64,000 nucleotides of DNA from Armatimonadota bacterium (GCA_039811685.1 JBDHZC010000003.1:32001-96000), one strand, 5' to 3'. Numbered from the stretch's first letter, positions 54,047 through 64,000 are shown. Program-made: numbers and translations. The notes: generated from the letters alone by a model not told the origin.

Positions 54047-56911
54047 ATGGACACAGAGCGCCGCGCACAACTACCGAAGAAATCACTCCTGGGACTTACA
54101 CCGCGCAAATACGATCTATCCGACTCTTTGTCGCAGGACGTTGAACTTCTGGATCAGACTCTGGGGCAGGTGTTGGCCGAGCACGAGGGCGAGAGCGTGA
54201 TATCCCTTGCTAACCAACTGTTGCAGGACTATGGGGAAGCCGGTACGCTCCTTGAGCGTATTCCCGAACTGCAGGATGCTTCGAAAGCTGGCAAGCTGCT
54301 GCGAGCGTTCACCATTCTGTTTCAGCTCCTCAACACGGCAGAACAAAAGGAGATCGTGCGCGTAAACCGCGCTCGCTTCGATCCTTCCAGTGTTTCGTCC
54401 CGGCCAGAATCGATCTCAGAGGCGGTTATCAGGCTCAAGGACTCAGGTCTTTCTGCTGATGAAATGCAGCAGCTACTGAACACGATAGATATCTGCCCGA
54501 CCATCACCGCGCATCCCACGGAAGCTCGCCGGCGGGCTGTGCTCGATAAGCTACAGGCTGTGGCCCGCGTCCTCGCGGAGCGCTCACTGCCGCCGGATGC
54601 GCCACTCCTGGATCAGCCGCTCACACAGGCGCGACGGCCAGAGCGGGAGCTCAGGCAGCTTCTCACGCATCTCTGGCAGACAAGCGAGGTGCGCTCCGGC
54701 GCAATGACAGTGTCCGATGAGGTGCGCAACGCCCTCTACTACTTCGAAAACACCATTCTCAAAGTCATTCCCTGGCTCCACGAAGACCTTAGAGAAGCCC
54801 TGTCGCGAGCCTATCCTGAGCACACTTTCGACATTCCGCCCTTCATTCAGTTTCGATCGTGGGTGGGTGGAGACCGGGATGGCAACCCAAATGTGACTCC
54901 TAAGGTGACGTGGGAAACCCTTGTTCAGCACAAGCGCGCGGTGCTTCATCTGTATGCGGAACGCGTCGCTGCGCTGCGGCGCCTATTCACTCAAAGTCAC
55001 AGGCTCGTCAACGCCTCTGACGCGCTGCTGAAGTCACTGGAGCGCGACCGTCAGAGCGCTCCGTTGTCCGCCCGCACCCTCGAGCGCCACCGTGACGAAC
55101 CCTACGTCCTGAAGTTTTTGCATATGCGGGCAAGAGTGCTGGCTGCGCAGAGGCATCTCTCGCGCCTGGAGGACTCCCGAAGCTCCAACCTGGAGACGCC
55201 GTTGCCGAGTGGGGCATACACCTGCGCGGAGGAGCTACTGGATGATCTGCGGTTGGTGCAGCAGAGCCTGATTGCCTCAGGCGCTCGTGACATCGCCACG
55301 TACGGCCCTCTGGCGGACCTCGTTACGCAGGTGAAAACATTCGGCTTCTGCCTGGCTGCGCTTGATGTCCGTCAGCACAGTGAGGAACACGAGAAGGCTC
55401 TCGGGGAATTGCTCGAAGCGGGAGGCGCACTCTCGGCTGGAACCAGCTATTCTGCCCTGTCTGAAGCGCAAAAGCTCGAAGTCCTGACTCGTGAGCTCTC
55501 CAATCCACGCCCGCTAGTGTCGCAGGACTGGGAAGGCTCAGAGCATTCACGGGAGATGCTGCGCCTCTTTGAGGTGATTCGTCTTGCGCAGAAGCACCTG
55601 TCACCCGGCTCCGTCAGCACCTACGTTATCAGCATGACCCATGGGATCAGTGATATTCTGGAAGTCTTGCTGCTTGCCAAGGAATCCGGGCTGGTAAAGT
55701 GGACGCACAAAGGGCTGCACAGTGATCTGGACGTCGTCCCGTTGTTTGAGACCATAGACGATCTCAACCGTTGTGATGGCCTTCTCAGAGAGCTTTTTGA
55801 CAACCAGGCTTACAGACAACATCTGCAGGCTCGGGGTGACTTCCAGGAAATCATGCTCGGATACTCTGACAGCAGCAAAGACGGCGGGTATCTGGCGGCA
55901 AACTGGGCGCTGTTCGACACACAGAAGCGCATTGCGGCTGCGTGCCGGGAGGCGGGTCTGCAGTTCCGGCTGTTCCATGGGCGCGGGGGCACGGTAGGAA
56001 GGGGAGGCGGCCGGGCTAATCGAGCCATCATGTCCATGCCAGTTGGCAGCTTTAACGGGCGAATCCGTATGACGGAACAGGGTGAAGTAGCTTCTTTCCG
56101 GTACGGTCTTGCGCCGATTGCCCACAGGCATCTGGAGCAGATAGCCAACGCCGTGCTGCTGGCTACAGCCAGCCGTCCCGCTCCAGAGCCCGCCGCACAG
56201 GAGTGGCAGGACGCGCTGCGTCAGATGGCTGCGCGCTCTCGCGAGATATATCGCGCCCTGGTATATGAGGATTCTGATTTCTGGGATTTCTACACAAAGG
56301 CGACCCCGATCGGACACATAAGCCGTCTGCCGATCACGTCGCGTCCAGTCTTTCGTCCGGGGCGTGCACTGGTGGGGCTGCAAGACCTTCGAGCCATTCC
56401 GTGGGTGTTTGCCTGGGTACAGAGTCGCTATGTGTTGCCAGGGTGGTTTGGCCTGGGTAGCGCTATTGAGTGGTTCTGCGAGCAGGCGCCAGGCAACAGA
56501 GATATGTTGAAGCGTATGTGCGCGCAGTGGCCGTTCTTTGGCAACGTCCTCAGCAACGCTCAGCTCGAGCTTATGCGCGCTCACATGCCTACCGCTCAGA
56601 TGTATGCTGTGCGCGTGCAGTCCGCCAGCGCCGGGCGCATCGACGCGGCTATTCAGCAGGAGTACCGGAAGACTCTTGAGTTCGTTCTGGCTGTAGCGGG
56701 TCAGCAGGAGCTTCTTGAGTCTGCGCCAGTCGTCAAACGCACTGTTGAATTTCGCAATCCCATAGTACAACCGCTCAGCAAACTGCAGGTTGCTCTTCTT
56801 GAAGCGTGGGACCGCAATCTTTCAAAAGACGAGGAGACGAACGCTCCCTGGCGGCTTGACATCCTGCTGAGTATCGCCGGTATTGCCGCTGCTATGCAGA
56901 GCACGGGCTAG
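54047..56911 (+). CDS. ppc: Phosphoenolpyruvate carboxylase
   Basis: TAHPTE, GGDRDGNP, VPLFET, MLGYSDSSKDGG, FHGRGGTVGRGGG and LRAIPW motifs; start is ATG 54047 or earlier. Confidence 0.97.
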   Translation: MDTERRAQLPKKSLLGLTPRKYDLSDSLSQDVELLDQTLGQVLAEHEGESVISLANQLLQDYGEAGTLLERIPELQDASKAGKLLRAFTILFQLLNTAEQKEIVRVNRARFDPSSVSSRPESISEAVIRLKDSGLSADEMQQLLNTIDICPTITAHPTEARRRAVLDKLQAVARVLAERSLPPDAPLLDQPLTQARRPERELRQLLTHLWQTSEVRSGAMTVSDEVRNALYYFENTILKVIPWLHEDLREALSRAYPEHTFDIPPFIQFRSWVGGDRDGNPNVTPKVTWETLVQHKRAVLHLYAERVAALRRLFTQSHRLVNASDALLKSLERDRQSAPLSARTLERHRDEPYVLKFLHMRARVLAAQRHLSRLEDSRSSNLETPLPSGAYTCAEELLDDLRLVQQSLIASGARDIATYGPLADLVTQVKTFGFCLAALDVRQHSEEHEKALGELLEAGGALSAGTSYSALSEAQKLEVLTRELSNPRPLVSQDWEGSEHSREMLRLFEVIRLAQKHLSPGSVSTYVISMTHGISDILEVLLLAKESGLVKWTHKGLHSDLDVVPLFETIDDLNRCDGLLRELFDNQAYRQHLQARGDFQEIMLGYSDSSKDGGYLAANWALFDTQKRIAAACREAGLQFRLFHGRGGTVGRGGGRANRAIMSMPVGSFNGRIRMTEQGEVASFRYGLAPIAHRHLEQIANAVLLATASRPAPEPAAQEWQDALRQMAARSREIYRALVYEDSDFWDFYTKATPIGHISRLPITSRPVFRPGRALVGLQDLRAIPWVFAWVQSRYVLPGWFGLGSAIEWFCEQAPGNRDMLKRMCAQWPFFGNVLSNAQLELMRAHMPTAQMYAVRVQSASAGRIDAAIQQEYRKTLEFVLAVAGQQELLESAPVVKRTVEFRNPIVQPLSKLQVALLEAWDRNLSKDEETNAPWRLDILLSIAGIAAAMQSTG

Positions 56912-56917
56912 GGGGCT

Positions 56918-58153
56918 TTACACCCGTAGCCCTTTGCGCAGTCGCCTGACGGCTTCCTCAACGTTCTCTCGGGTGTTGAACGCGCTGAGGCGGAAGTAGC
57001 CTTCACCCGCCGCGCCAAATCCGCTTCCCGGCGTGCTGACGATGTGCGTCTGAGATAGCATCTGGTCGAAGAAGTCCCAGCTTCTGACGTTGCCGGGAGT
57101 CTTGACCCACACGTACGGCGCGTTCACTCCGCCGTAGACTTCCAGCCCGATCTCTGTCAGCCCCTCGCGAATGATGCGTGCGTTTTCCAGATAAAACGCG
57201 ACAAGCCCGTGCACCTGCGCCTGCCCGTCGGGAGTGTAGACGGCCTCTGCGCCGCGCTGTGTGATGTAGGATACTCCGTTGAACTTGGTTGTATGCCGGC
57301 GCATCCAAAGGCGCGAGATTGAGATATCTTCACCGGAGTTTGATTTTGCCCTCAGAGTCTTTGGAATCACGACACAGGCGCAGCGCACACCCGTAAAGCC
57401 AGCGATTTTTGAGAAGCTGCGAAACTCAATGGCGACTTCTCTCGCGCCGGGGATCTCAAAAATGGAGTGCGGGATATCCGGATTGGTAATATAGGCTTCG
57501 TAAGCGGCGTCGAAGAAGATAATGGAGTTGTTCACTCGCGCGTATTCCACCCAGCGAGTCAGAGTCTCCCGCGACGCAACAGTTCCCGTCGGGTTGTTCG
57601 GGTAGCACAGATAGACGATGTCAACGCGCTGCTTCGGGATCTCAGGAGTAAAGTCGTTTTCTGCCGTTGCGGGGAGATAAATCAGCCCTTCAAACTCTCC
57701 GTCGTCGTTTGCCGGGCCGGTGTGCCCTGCCATGACATTCGTGTCCACGTACACCGGATACACCGGGTCCGTAACTGCTATGGTGTTGTCCGGACCGAAG
57801 ATGTCCAGAATGTTCCCGGTATCGCATTTGCTGCCGTCCGAGATGATGATCTCGTCAGCTTCTATCTCGCAGCCTCGAGCCTGAAAATCGTGCTCCGCAA
57901 TCTTCTCACGCAGCCACAAATATCCCTGTTCAGGTCCGTAGCCGTGGAAACTCTCGCGCTTGCCCATTTCATCTACGGCTGCATGCATCGCCTGAACGAC
58001 GGCTTGTGGCAGAGGCTCTGTGACATCGCCGATGCCCAGCCGAATAATCTGCGCGTCTGGATTGGTCTGTGCGAAGGCCTGCACGCGGCGGGCGATCTCC
58101 GGAAAAAGATACCCCGCCTTAAGCTTCAGAAAATTGTCATTGATGTGTGCCAT
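56918..58153 (-). CDS. dapL: LL-diaminopimelate aminotransferase
   Basis: GYLFPEI, LGIGD, GYGPEQG, SDGSKCD, PNNPTG, SFSK.AGFTG.R and [17 protein letters not shown] motifs. Confidence 0.96.
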   Translation of the reverse strand: MAHINDNFLKLKAGYLFPEIARRVQAFAQTNPDAQIIRLGIGDVTEPLPQAVVQAMHAAVDEMGKRESFHGYGPEQGYLWLREKIAEHDFQARGCEIEADEIIISDGSKCDTGNILDIFGPDNTIAVTDPVYPVYVDTNVMAGHTGPANDDGEFEGLIYLPATAENDFTPEIPKQRVDIVYLCYPNNPTGTVASRETLTRWVEYARVNNSIIFFDAAYEAYITNPDIPHSIFEIPGAREVAIEFRSFSKIAGFTGVRCACVVIPKTLRAKSNSGEDISISRLWMRRHTTKFNGVSYITQRGAEAVYTPDGQAQVHGLVAFYLENARIIREGLTEIGLEVYGGVNAPYVWVKTPGNVRSWDFFDQMLSQTHIVSTPGSGFGAAGEGYFRLSAFNTRENVEEAVRRLRKGLRV

Positions 58154-58232
58154 AAGCTCCGAGACAGATTATGTAGCACACAGCTTCTGCATTGTCACCT
58201 GAGCCGCCTCGGCGCTGCTGTGTAAGCACAAC

Positions 58233-58261
58233 AAAAAGGGCCTGCGCGCCAGCGCAGGCCC
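58233..58261 (-). terminator. Intrinsic terminator after the M6 protease gene
   Basis: Minus strand GGGCCTGCGC-TGGC-GCGCAGGCCC-TTTTT. Confidence 0.85.
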
Positions 58262-58290
58262 CAGACCTTGGACCGGTCTCTTGACCAGCC

Positions 58291-61200
58291 TTACTGCCTG
58301 CCGTAGTTCTTCAACAGGAAGTCAATATCTGCCAGTATCTTGCAGCCAGCCGGGTTCTCCCGCGTATTGGCTACACCGGTTCCTGGGCCGCTTGGCGCCG
58401 GAAACGCCGGGCTCTGGCTCAGGCACATGTCCGCTACCTGAAGCTCGATCTGAGACAGGATATCAGCAATTTCAACCTGAGTAGGCGCTGCCTTTGCCTG
58501 CGCCATCTTGCCCTTCAGCCACGCGTACGCATTCTCATCCGAGATAAGCGGCACTTGATCCAGTCCGAACGGCACGGTGTGAAATGCGTCCAGCAGCGTG
58601 TCCAGAGAGTCCAGCGTAACTTCGACGCGCCATCTCCACTGATCGCGGTGCACGAAGCCCGCATTTCGCTCACCCGGGAGCTTCACGCTCTTCGGGGTCC
58701 CGTAAAGGATCGTCAGCGTCCACGTCGTGCCTGGTGGCTCATACATCAGCGGCCACCACAAGCGCACGTTCGGCGTTCCCTGCTGGCCGATGGGCCCTGC
58801 GGCAAAGACGTCGTAGCACTGTCTGAGCGCTGCGTGCTCCTTCTGAAGCACGACATTCTTGAGGCAGTAGCTGGCGCATCCAGCCGTCGCGTTTACGAAG
58901 TTTGCCCACTTGCTGCCGGGGTCGATCTCAAAGACGCCGCCAATCGCGCTGATTGGATCGACAGTCTTCCCAGCGTAGCCAGCGAAACCTGTCTGCCCCA
59001 GCGAGTTGTTGCCGGGCGGCGGTTCAACAGAAGCCAGTTGCACGGGTGATGCGCCAAGGGATCGTGCAGGATACGCCTGATAGAGCGGACAGATGCTCTG
59101 CGTATCTCTGACGGCCAGGTCCTGCGTGACATCCTCGCACTTTACGCGGAACGGTACGCAGCGATCGACGGCGGACCCTACCGGCGCATAGCCGTAGGTT
59201 CCACTCTCAGAGATCTTGTAGATTCCTGGCGCCAGTTCTCCAAAGCGGAACGAGCCGTCCGACTTGGTATTCGTGCAGTTGTAAACCAGGCTCTGGCAAT
59301 CCGGATCGGTCGCCATCAGTGGTAGCGGCATAAAGGTGAGCGTTGGCTCAACTTTGGCTACCTTCAGGCACACCTGCCAGCCCTCCAGTGGGTCTGGAAT
59401 GCTGTCCGGGCAGTTTTTCAACGACAGTGTGCCGGTGATGCTCGCCAGACAGACATTGCCGAACTCAAATGGAGCGACGTCAGCGCATTCGGCGTAATCG
59501 ATGCTGTGCACGACCGGCGTCGTTGCCAACCACCGCCGCCCCTCATGTGTGCTCTTTAGGCGGTCCGGTTGAGGAGCGATAGCCCCAGCGCACCAATCGA
59601 TCGAGCCGTCACACCACTCAGAGTCCTGGTAGATCTTGTAAGAGCCGGGCGGGATATCCTTGATGTCAATGCAACCACCCGCATCAGTCGTTGTCTTGAT
59701 GGGGCCAATGCACCGGCCATCAGCGGATGTCCCGCAGACCGTAACCGGCCAGTTCGGTTGAGTTTCTTCAGCATCGTCCCACACGCCGTTCGCGAAGCTG
59801 TCAACAAAGGGCTCGGCGGGGTCCCAGACTCCGTTGCCATTCTCATCTCGCAGAGGCTCGGCGTCATCCCAGCAGAGGTTGCCATTCAGGTCCGTGAATG
59901 GTTCTCCAGAGTCGTAGCGGCCGTTGTGGTTCTTGTCCACATAAGGTTCGGCAGGGTCCCACATCCCATTGTTGTTGAGATCACCGTAGAGCTCTGCAGG
60001 GTCCCATTTACCGTTGCCATTGATGTCCGTATAGCTTTCCGCAACGGTTTCGCGTGTCCCGCTCATATTCTTGTCGTAGAACACGCACGCGCTCAGAGTC
60101 CCCAGACAGACATTGCCAAATCTGTTGTTGAGGTCTTGCCCTTCGCCAAGAACAGAAATCTGCTCAATAGCTGTGGTTGCCTGCCAGCGCTTTCCAGCGT
60201 GGGAGGTCCGGTTTACCGAGTAGCCGTCCGTTGCGCACGGCTGTGCGCTCTCCCAGGTCAGGTCCTCACGGGCTGCGTAACCTGTCGCGTCACTTGGCAG
60301 CAGATCGCGGAATACATAGTCGCCGGTTGCGTCGGTGCTACCGGTCAGGTTGATGTCCGCGCCGTTGATGGCCTTGCCCGTCAGGCGGAATGGCCACCCC
60401 GCAATACCAGCCTCGGAGCCGTCCTGAGCGCCATTCATACTTGCGTCATCGAATTTGTGAGCGGTGATGGTTCCAAGCTGAACAACTCCAAACTCCACTA
60501 CTGTCGGAGTTGAGCAGTTGGGCGTTACAGTTGCGCTAATGGGCGTTGTCAGCTTCCAGCGTTTGCCAGTGCCGGTTGGGTCATTGAAGTTGCCGTTTCC
60601 GTCCACGCTCACCTTCAGTTGCACATCCGTGGAGCAGGGCGGCTGGTCATCGAACAGATCCACACACTGTCCGGAGGCTATCGTTCCGGTGCCACTTGCA
60701 CCACAGACTGTCCAGTCGATTTCCCAGTTCGTGAAATCTCCGCCTTCGCCAGGGTCCTTGACGCCGTTTGCATTGCTGTCGCGGAAAATACACGCCGTGA
60801 CCTTCGCGGTGGTGCAATCGACATATTGTGCCGTCATGACCTCAGCTTTTGCTGAGATATCGCACAGGCCGAGGTCCGTTTTTGTGCCGTCGTACAGCTT
60901 GGAGCTTGGAGTTGTGCTATTGAGAAAAGTAGAATTCTGTGGGTCGAAGAAGACGTCGTCAATAGTCCCCTGATTTGCTGGTGGGACGCTCAAAATACTG
61001 CCGTTGGTAGTAGTGGCTTCGACGGCGACAACGCCCTGATGCTGCCCTGTCACGTACAGGTTAATGTCGTTGTTCGCCGGACTCCCAATGTTGTTGTCAA
61101 CGTGTTCAATCAGCAGAGCGCCACCCCAGTTTTTGCCAAGGTACTTCTCAAGACCGAGGTCCCAGCTCTTTGGATAGCGATTTTCCACCAGAAAGTACTC

Positions 61201-62520
61201 TGTCGTGCTGGCAGAAGGCTTTACAATCTTCAATGGGGAGTTGGTGGTGTCGAGGGGCGGCGGGAAGCTGACTGGCCCGGAGCTACCGGGAATCCTCACC
61301 GTAGACCAGCCGAGGTACTCGCGGCACCACGCGTCCATCGCAACAGGAGTTTCTCCCGAATCAGTGTCTGCATCCGCCTTCCCCCACGAGCCAAAGGACA
61401 TGAGTGAAAACCCACCAAGTCCGTTGTTCTTATAGTCCGGGTCATACAGATCCGGAAGCCCGCACATCTGGTGTCCCAGTTCGTGCGCGATGACTCCCAT
61501 CGGATGGCGTCGGCTAGCGTCGTTCAACTCACCGTTCATTGCCCAGTGCTGAAGCGTCTTGCCGTCGACCGTCACCTCATTGCCGGACCACGCGTGCGCC
61601 CACACGTTCGGATGCTTGGATGAGCCGGAGGCGTCGTAGCCCGCAGGGATGAAGTAGATGACACATTCGCTCTGGGATATTACTCCGTCGTTGTTGGAGT
61701 CCATAGTGCTGTAGTCAACAAACGGCGCAGCGGCCGCAAGCGCGGCCTTCAACCACGGAGCTTCAGTTGCTTTGGTGTAGTTGTCCGCATAATCAGGATG
61801 ATTATTACTGATCGTCACCGTCACGATTCCCGCTGGATTTCCAGCCTGGGTATGCGCGTATGGCGAAACGCTCAGCGTTCCAAAGGAGTTGTCTTTGTAG
61901 AAGTTGGCTACCGACTTGACACCAGGGGTTGTAGAAAAGATAGCGTCGTTCCAATCGTTCGCTGTTGTGGTTAACGCTCTGTCAGCAAAGTTGACCAGAA
62001 TTATCAACAGCTGTCTGGATCCTGAAACCGGTGTCGGCGTCCAGGTGGCGAGATGTGAGCCGTTCAGCCCTGCGAGAACTGAGGGCAGTGAAGCAACCTC
62101 GCTCTTGTGGTCCTTTTTTTTGGGTGGGCGAAGGTGTTTTTCCAAGCCGGAAGGCGGCGCCTTGTCCGGATCCACGACAACGTCTGGATTCGCAGTCGCA
62201 TCCATGGCATGGATCTGTCGTCCACTTGTGCCGTCCGCATACACCCACTCGCGGGCGAATGGATTGGCTGGATCAGGAGGGCTCAGCGGGCGCGGAAGAA
62301 TAGTGTAGCCGTCAGAGGTCTCAATCCATCCTTGCGTCTCATCTCCATAGATATGCGCAGTAAAGACCTTGCCGTTTGGCTGAGTAATCTGGATGGGGTC
62401 GTCATTGGCCACGACCGCAGCGGCCGGACTTACGAACGCTGCGCTAACTGCTAGCGCGGTCACGGAGGCTGCCAGCAACCTCCACGGAGCTTTCTTAATC
62501 AATGGGAATCCAAGCCTCAT
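58291..62520 (-). CDS. Secreted M6-family (immune inhibitor A-like) metalloprotease with SdrD-B-like Ig repeats, Ca-binding repeats and an uncharacterised Cys-rich C-terminal region
   Basis: Signal peptide; QP.G...GDE propeptide; HELGH..GLPDLYD, SLMS.GSW and EYFLVENR motifs; AGGAGG RBS before ATG 62520. Confidence 0.9.
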   Translation of the reverse strand: MRLGFPLIKKAPWRLLAASVTALAVSAAFVSPAAAVVANDDPIQITQPNGKVFTAHIYGDETQGWIETSDGYTILPRPLSPPDPANPFAREWVYADGTSGRQIHAMDATANPDVVVDPDKAPPSGLEKHLRPPKKKDHKSEVASLPSVLAGLNGSHLATWTPTPVSGSRQLLIILVNFADRALTTTANDWNDAIFSTTPGVKSVANFYKDNSFGTLSVSPYAHTQAGNPAGIVTVTISNNHPDYADNYTKATEAPWLKAALAAAAPFVDYSTMDSNNDGVISQSECVIYFIPAGYDASGSSKHPNVWAHAWSGNEVTVDGKTLQHWAMNGELNDASRRHPMGVIAHELGHQMCGLPDLYDPDYKNNGLGGFSLMSFGSWGKADADTDSGETPVAMDAWCREYLGWSTVRIPGSSGPVSFPPPLDTTNSPLKIVKPSASTTEYFLVENRYPKSWDLGLEKYLGKNWGGALLIEHVDNNIGSPANNDINLYVTGQHQGVVAVEATTTNGSILSVPPANQGTIDDVFFDPQNSTFLNSTTPSSKLYDGTKTDLGLCDISAKAEVMTAQYVDCTTAKVTACIFRDSNANGVKDPGEGGDFTNWEIDWTVCGASGTGTIASGQCVDLFDDQPPCSTDVQLKVSVDGNGNFNDPTGTGKRWKLTTPISATVTPNCSTPTVVEFGVVQLGTITAHKFDDASMNGAQDGSEAGIAGWPFRLTGKAINGADINLTGSTDATGDYVFRDLLPSDATGYAAREDLTWESAQPCATDGYSVNRTSHAGKRWQATTAIEQISVLGEGQDLNNRFGNVCLGTLSACVFYDKNMSGTRETVAESYTDINGNGKWDPAELYGDLNNNGMWDPAEPYVDKNHNGRYDSGEPFTDLNGNLCWDDAEPLRDENGNGVWDPAEPFVDSFANGVWDDAEETQPNWPVTVCGTSADGRCIGPIKTTTDAGGCIDIKDIPPGSYKIYQDSEWCDGSIDWCAGAIAPQPDRLKSTHEGRRWLATTPVVHSIDYAECADVAPFEFGNVCLASITGTLSLKNCPDSIPDPLEGWQVCLKVAKVEPTLTFMPLPLMATDPDCQSLVYNCTNTKSDGSFRFGELAPGIYKISESGTYGYAPVGSAVDRCVPFRVKCEDVTQDLAVRDTQSICPLYQAYPARSLGASPVQLASVEPPPGNNSLGQTGFAGYAGKTVDPISAIGGVFEIDPGSKWANFVNATAGCASYCLKNVVLQKEHAALRQCYDVFAAGPIGQQGTPNVRLWWPLMYEPPGTTWTLTILYGTPKSVKLPGERNAGFVHRDQWRWRVEVTLDSLDTLLDAFHTVPFGLDQVPLISDENAYAWLKGKMAQAKAAPTQVEIADILSQIELQVADMCLSQSPAFPAPSGPGTGVANTRENPAGCKILADIDFLLKNYGRQ
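59765..60039 (-). repeat. Six tandem 15-aa repeats EPxxDxNxNGxWDxA inside the M6 protein
   Basis: ESYTDINGNGKWDPA/ELYGDLNNNGMWDPA/EPYVDKNHNGRYDSG/EPFTDLNGNLCWDDA/EPLRDENGNGVWDPA/EPFVDSFANGVWDDA. Confidence 0.9.
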
Positions 62521-62682
62521 CTCTCCCCTCCTTTCGACGAGCGACTTCTTATCCGAAGTCACGTTGCCACAGAGTTCATGTTCCTCCCGCTCCCTGTTCC
62601 TGTCAACTGGTAGAAATAACAGTGTATGTTCTGCCGCCTGCGGGAATAGGCAATCACAGGCGGCCGAACACGCTGGTAGGCG

Positions 62683-64000
62683 CTAAAGCTTCCCGTATTG
62701 CTTCAACAGGTAGTCGAGATCCGCCATAACTTTGCACCCTGCCGGGTTTTCCTTGGTCTGGGCGATACCCAATCCGGGGCCGGAAGGCCTGGGGAGCGCA
62801 GGGCTGGCAGAGATGCACATGTCAGCCGTCAACAGCTCCAGGTCGGACAGAGCCTGCATTCGTTGCTGGTTGTTACCGGCAGACGCTGCGGCCGCAACCA
62901 GTGACTTCATAGCCAGATAGCCCTGTTCGTCCGAGATCAGCCCGACCTCGTCTGTCCCGAATGGCACGCTGTGAAACACATCCAGCAGAAGGTCCAACGA
63001 CTCGAGAGTCACCTGCACCTGCCACTTCCACTGATCGCTGTGTACCACGCCTGGAACTGCCTCACCGGGAAGCTGAACTGGCGTGCTGGTCCCGTAGAGG
63101 ATGTTGAGCGTCCACGTAGTGCCGGGCGATTCATAAAGCAGTGGCCACCACGTGCGGATATTGCGTGTCCCCTGCTGATGGATCACGCCTGCAGGGAACA
63201 CATCAGTGCACTGCCGCAGCGCAAAGTGCTCTTTGGTCAGCGTTACGTTCTTCAGGCAGTAAGGGACGCACCCTCCCATCGCGTTCACGAAGTTCCCCCA
63301 TTTGGAGCCGGGGTCAATGGAGAACACGCCAGCCGTCGCCCAGACCGGATTCAGATAGCCTATGCCATTGCCGAGCTGGGCCAGAGCGACGCCCTCACCA
63401 GGCCCTTCCTCTTCCGGCGGGCCTTCCACGGCGGCCAGTAAGGAGGTCGGATAGGCCTGATACAGCGGACAGACCGAGTTGATGTCACGCACCTCAAGCT
63501 GCTTGTCAATGTCTTCGCAGGAGATGCGGTAAGGCACACACAAGTCCACAGGGCTGCCCATCGGGTTGTAACCAACCTGAGGCGTCTCCCGCGCCAGATA
63601 GACTCCCGGCACGAGTTCGCCGAACCGGAACGAACCATCCCCCAGCGTCGTGGTGCAGTTGCCCGCAAGATTTACGCAGTCGGGATTAGTCGCCAATGTA
63701 GGCAGCGGCGCGAAGGTAATAGTCGGTTCCACATAAGCCTGTGTCAAACACACCTGCCATCCGCCAAGCGGCGTTGGTATATCGTCCGGACAGTTTTTCA
63801 GGCTCAGATTGCCTGTAATCGTCGCCAGGCACACATTGCCGAACTCAAAGCTGCTGAGAACCTCACACTCACCCATCTGAAGCGAGTTGGTAATCGCCGT
63901 AGTCGCAAGCCACCTGCGTCCGTTGTAGGTCGTTTTGCACTGGTCAACAGGTGGCATAGCTCCGCCGTTGCACCAGTCCACTTTGCCCCCGCACCATACC
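62683..64000 (-). CDS. 3' part of a large Cys-rich surface protein paralogous to the C-terminus of the M6 protein (start outside the window)
   Basis: Frame open to the window edge; colinear with the last ~430 aa of 58291-62520 (GRRWLATT, FEFGNVCLA.ITG.LSLKNCPD, WWPL.YE.PGTTWTL, ENPAGCK). Confidence 0.88.
   Translation of the reverse strand, partial: VWCGGKVDWCNGGAMPPVDQCKTTYNGRRWLATTAITNSLQMGECEVLSSFEFGNVCLATITGNLSLKNCPDDIPTPLGGWQVCLTQAYVEPTITFAPLPTLATNPDCVNLAGNCTTTLGDGSFRFGELVPGVYLARETPQVGYNPMGSPVDLCVPYRISCEDIDKQLEVRDINSVCPLYQAYPTSLLAAVEGPPEEEGPGEGVALAQLGNGIGYLNPVWATAGVFSIDPGSKWGNFVNAMGGCVPYCLKNVTLTKEHFALRQCTDVFPAGVIHQQGTRNIRTWWPLLYESPGTTWTLNILYGTSTPVQLPGEAVPGVVHSDQWKWQVQVTLESLDLLLDVFHSVPFGTDEVGLISDEQGYLAMKSLVAAAASAGNNQQRMQALSDLELLTADMCISASPALPRPSGPGLGIAQTKENPAGCKVMADLDYLLKQYGKL

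Noticed and set aside
55601..56770. 389-aa minus-strand ORF
   Set aside because: Antisense shadow of ppc
56890..56911. PEPC ends in QSTG rather than the usual bacterial RNTG
   Set aside because: All catalytic motifs are intact; treated as ordinary terminal variation
59569..60513. 314-aa plus-strand ORF with repeats
   Set aside because: Antisense mirror of the repeat region of the M6 protease

Overview
This is a gene-dense, GC-rich bacterial chromosome segment. A diderm, polysaccharide-degrading lineage such as Armatimonadota is plausible (PEP-CTERM protein, Tat-exported Gfo/Idh/MocA + HEAT pair, two UroD-family proteins, dapL), but that is inference. Housekeeping genes include ribE-ribBA-ribH, ppc, dapL, a PHP histidinol phosphatase, rnd, htrA and an M3 peptidase. 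Glycan/uronate enzymes include heparinase II/III-like, UxaE, GH78 and BNR/beta-propeller proteins. There is also an ECF sigma/anti-sigma/MucB-like trio, a two-component system and an ABC exporter. Notable items: (1) an operon of a GalU-like nucleotidyltransferase plus a 1111-aa GHMP-kinase/UDPGP-pyrophosphorylase fusion, a candidate bacterial counterpart of the plant uronic-acid salvage route; (2) an archaeal/eukaryotic-type Clp1 polynucleotide kinase directly followed by a histidine phosphatase, with RNase D nearby, a candidate RNA end-healing module; (3) a TdeIII/MjaII-like type II R-M cassette bracketed by 89-bp direct repeats, near a stand-alone HsdR_N nuclease; (4) an unassigned multi-stem RNA-like element at 42012-42113; (5) two tandem large Cys-rich surface proteins sharing an unrecognised C-terminal region of about 430 aa; (6) an internally deleted VOC pseudogene missing from the ORF track; (7) signs of leaderless transcription. 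No rRNA, tRNA, CRISPR array, transposase or integrase was seen. All calls come from reading motifs by eye; no database searches were run.
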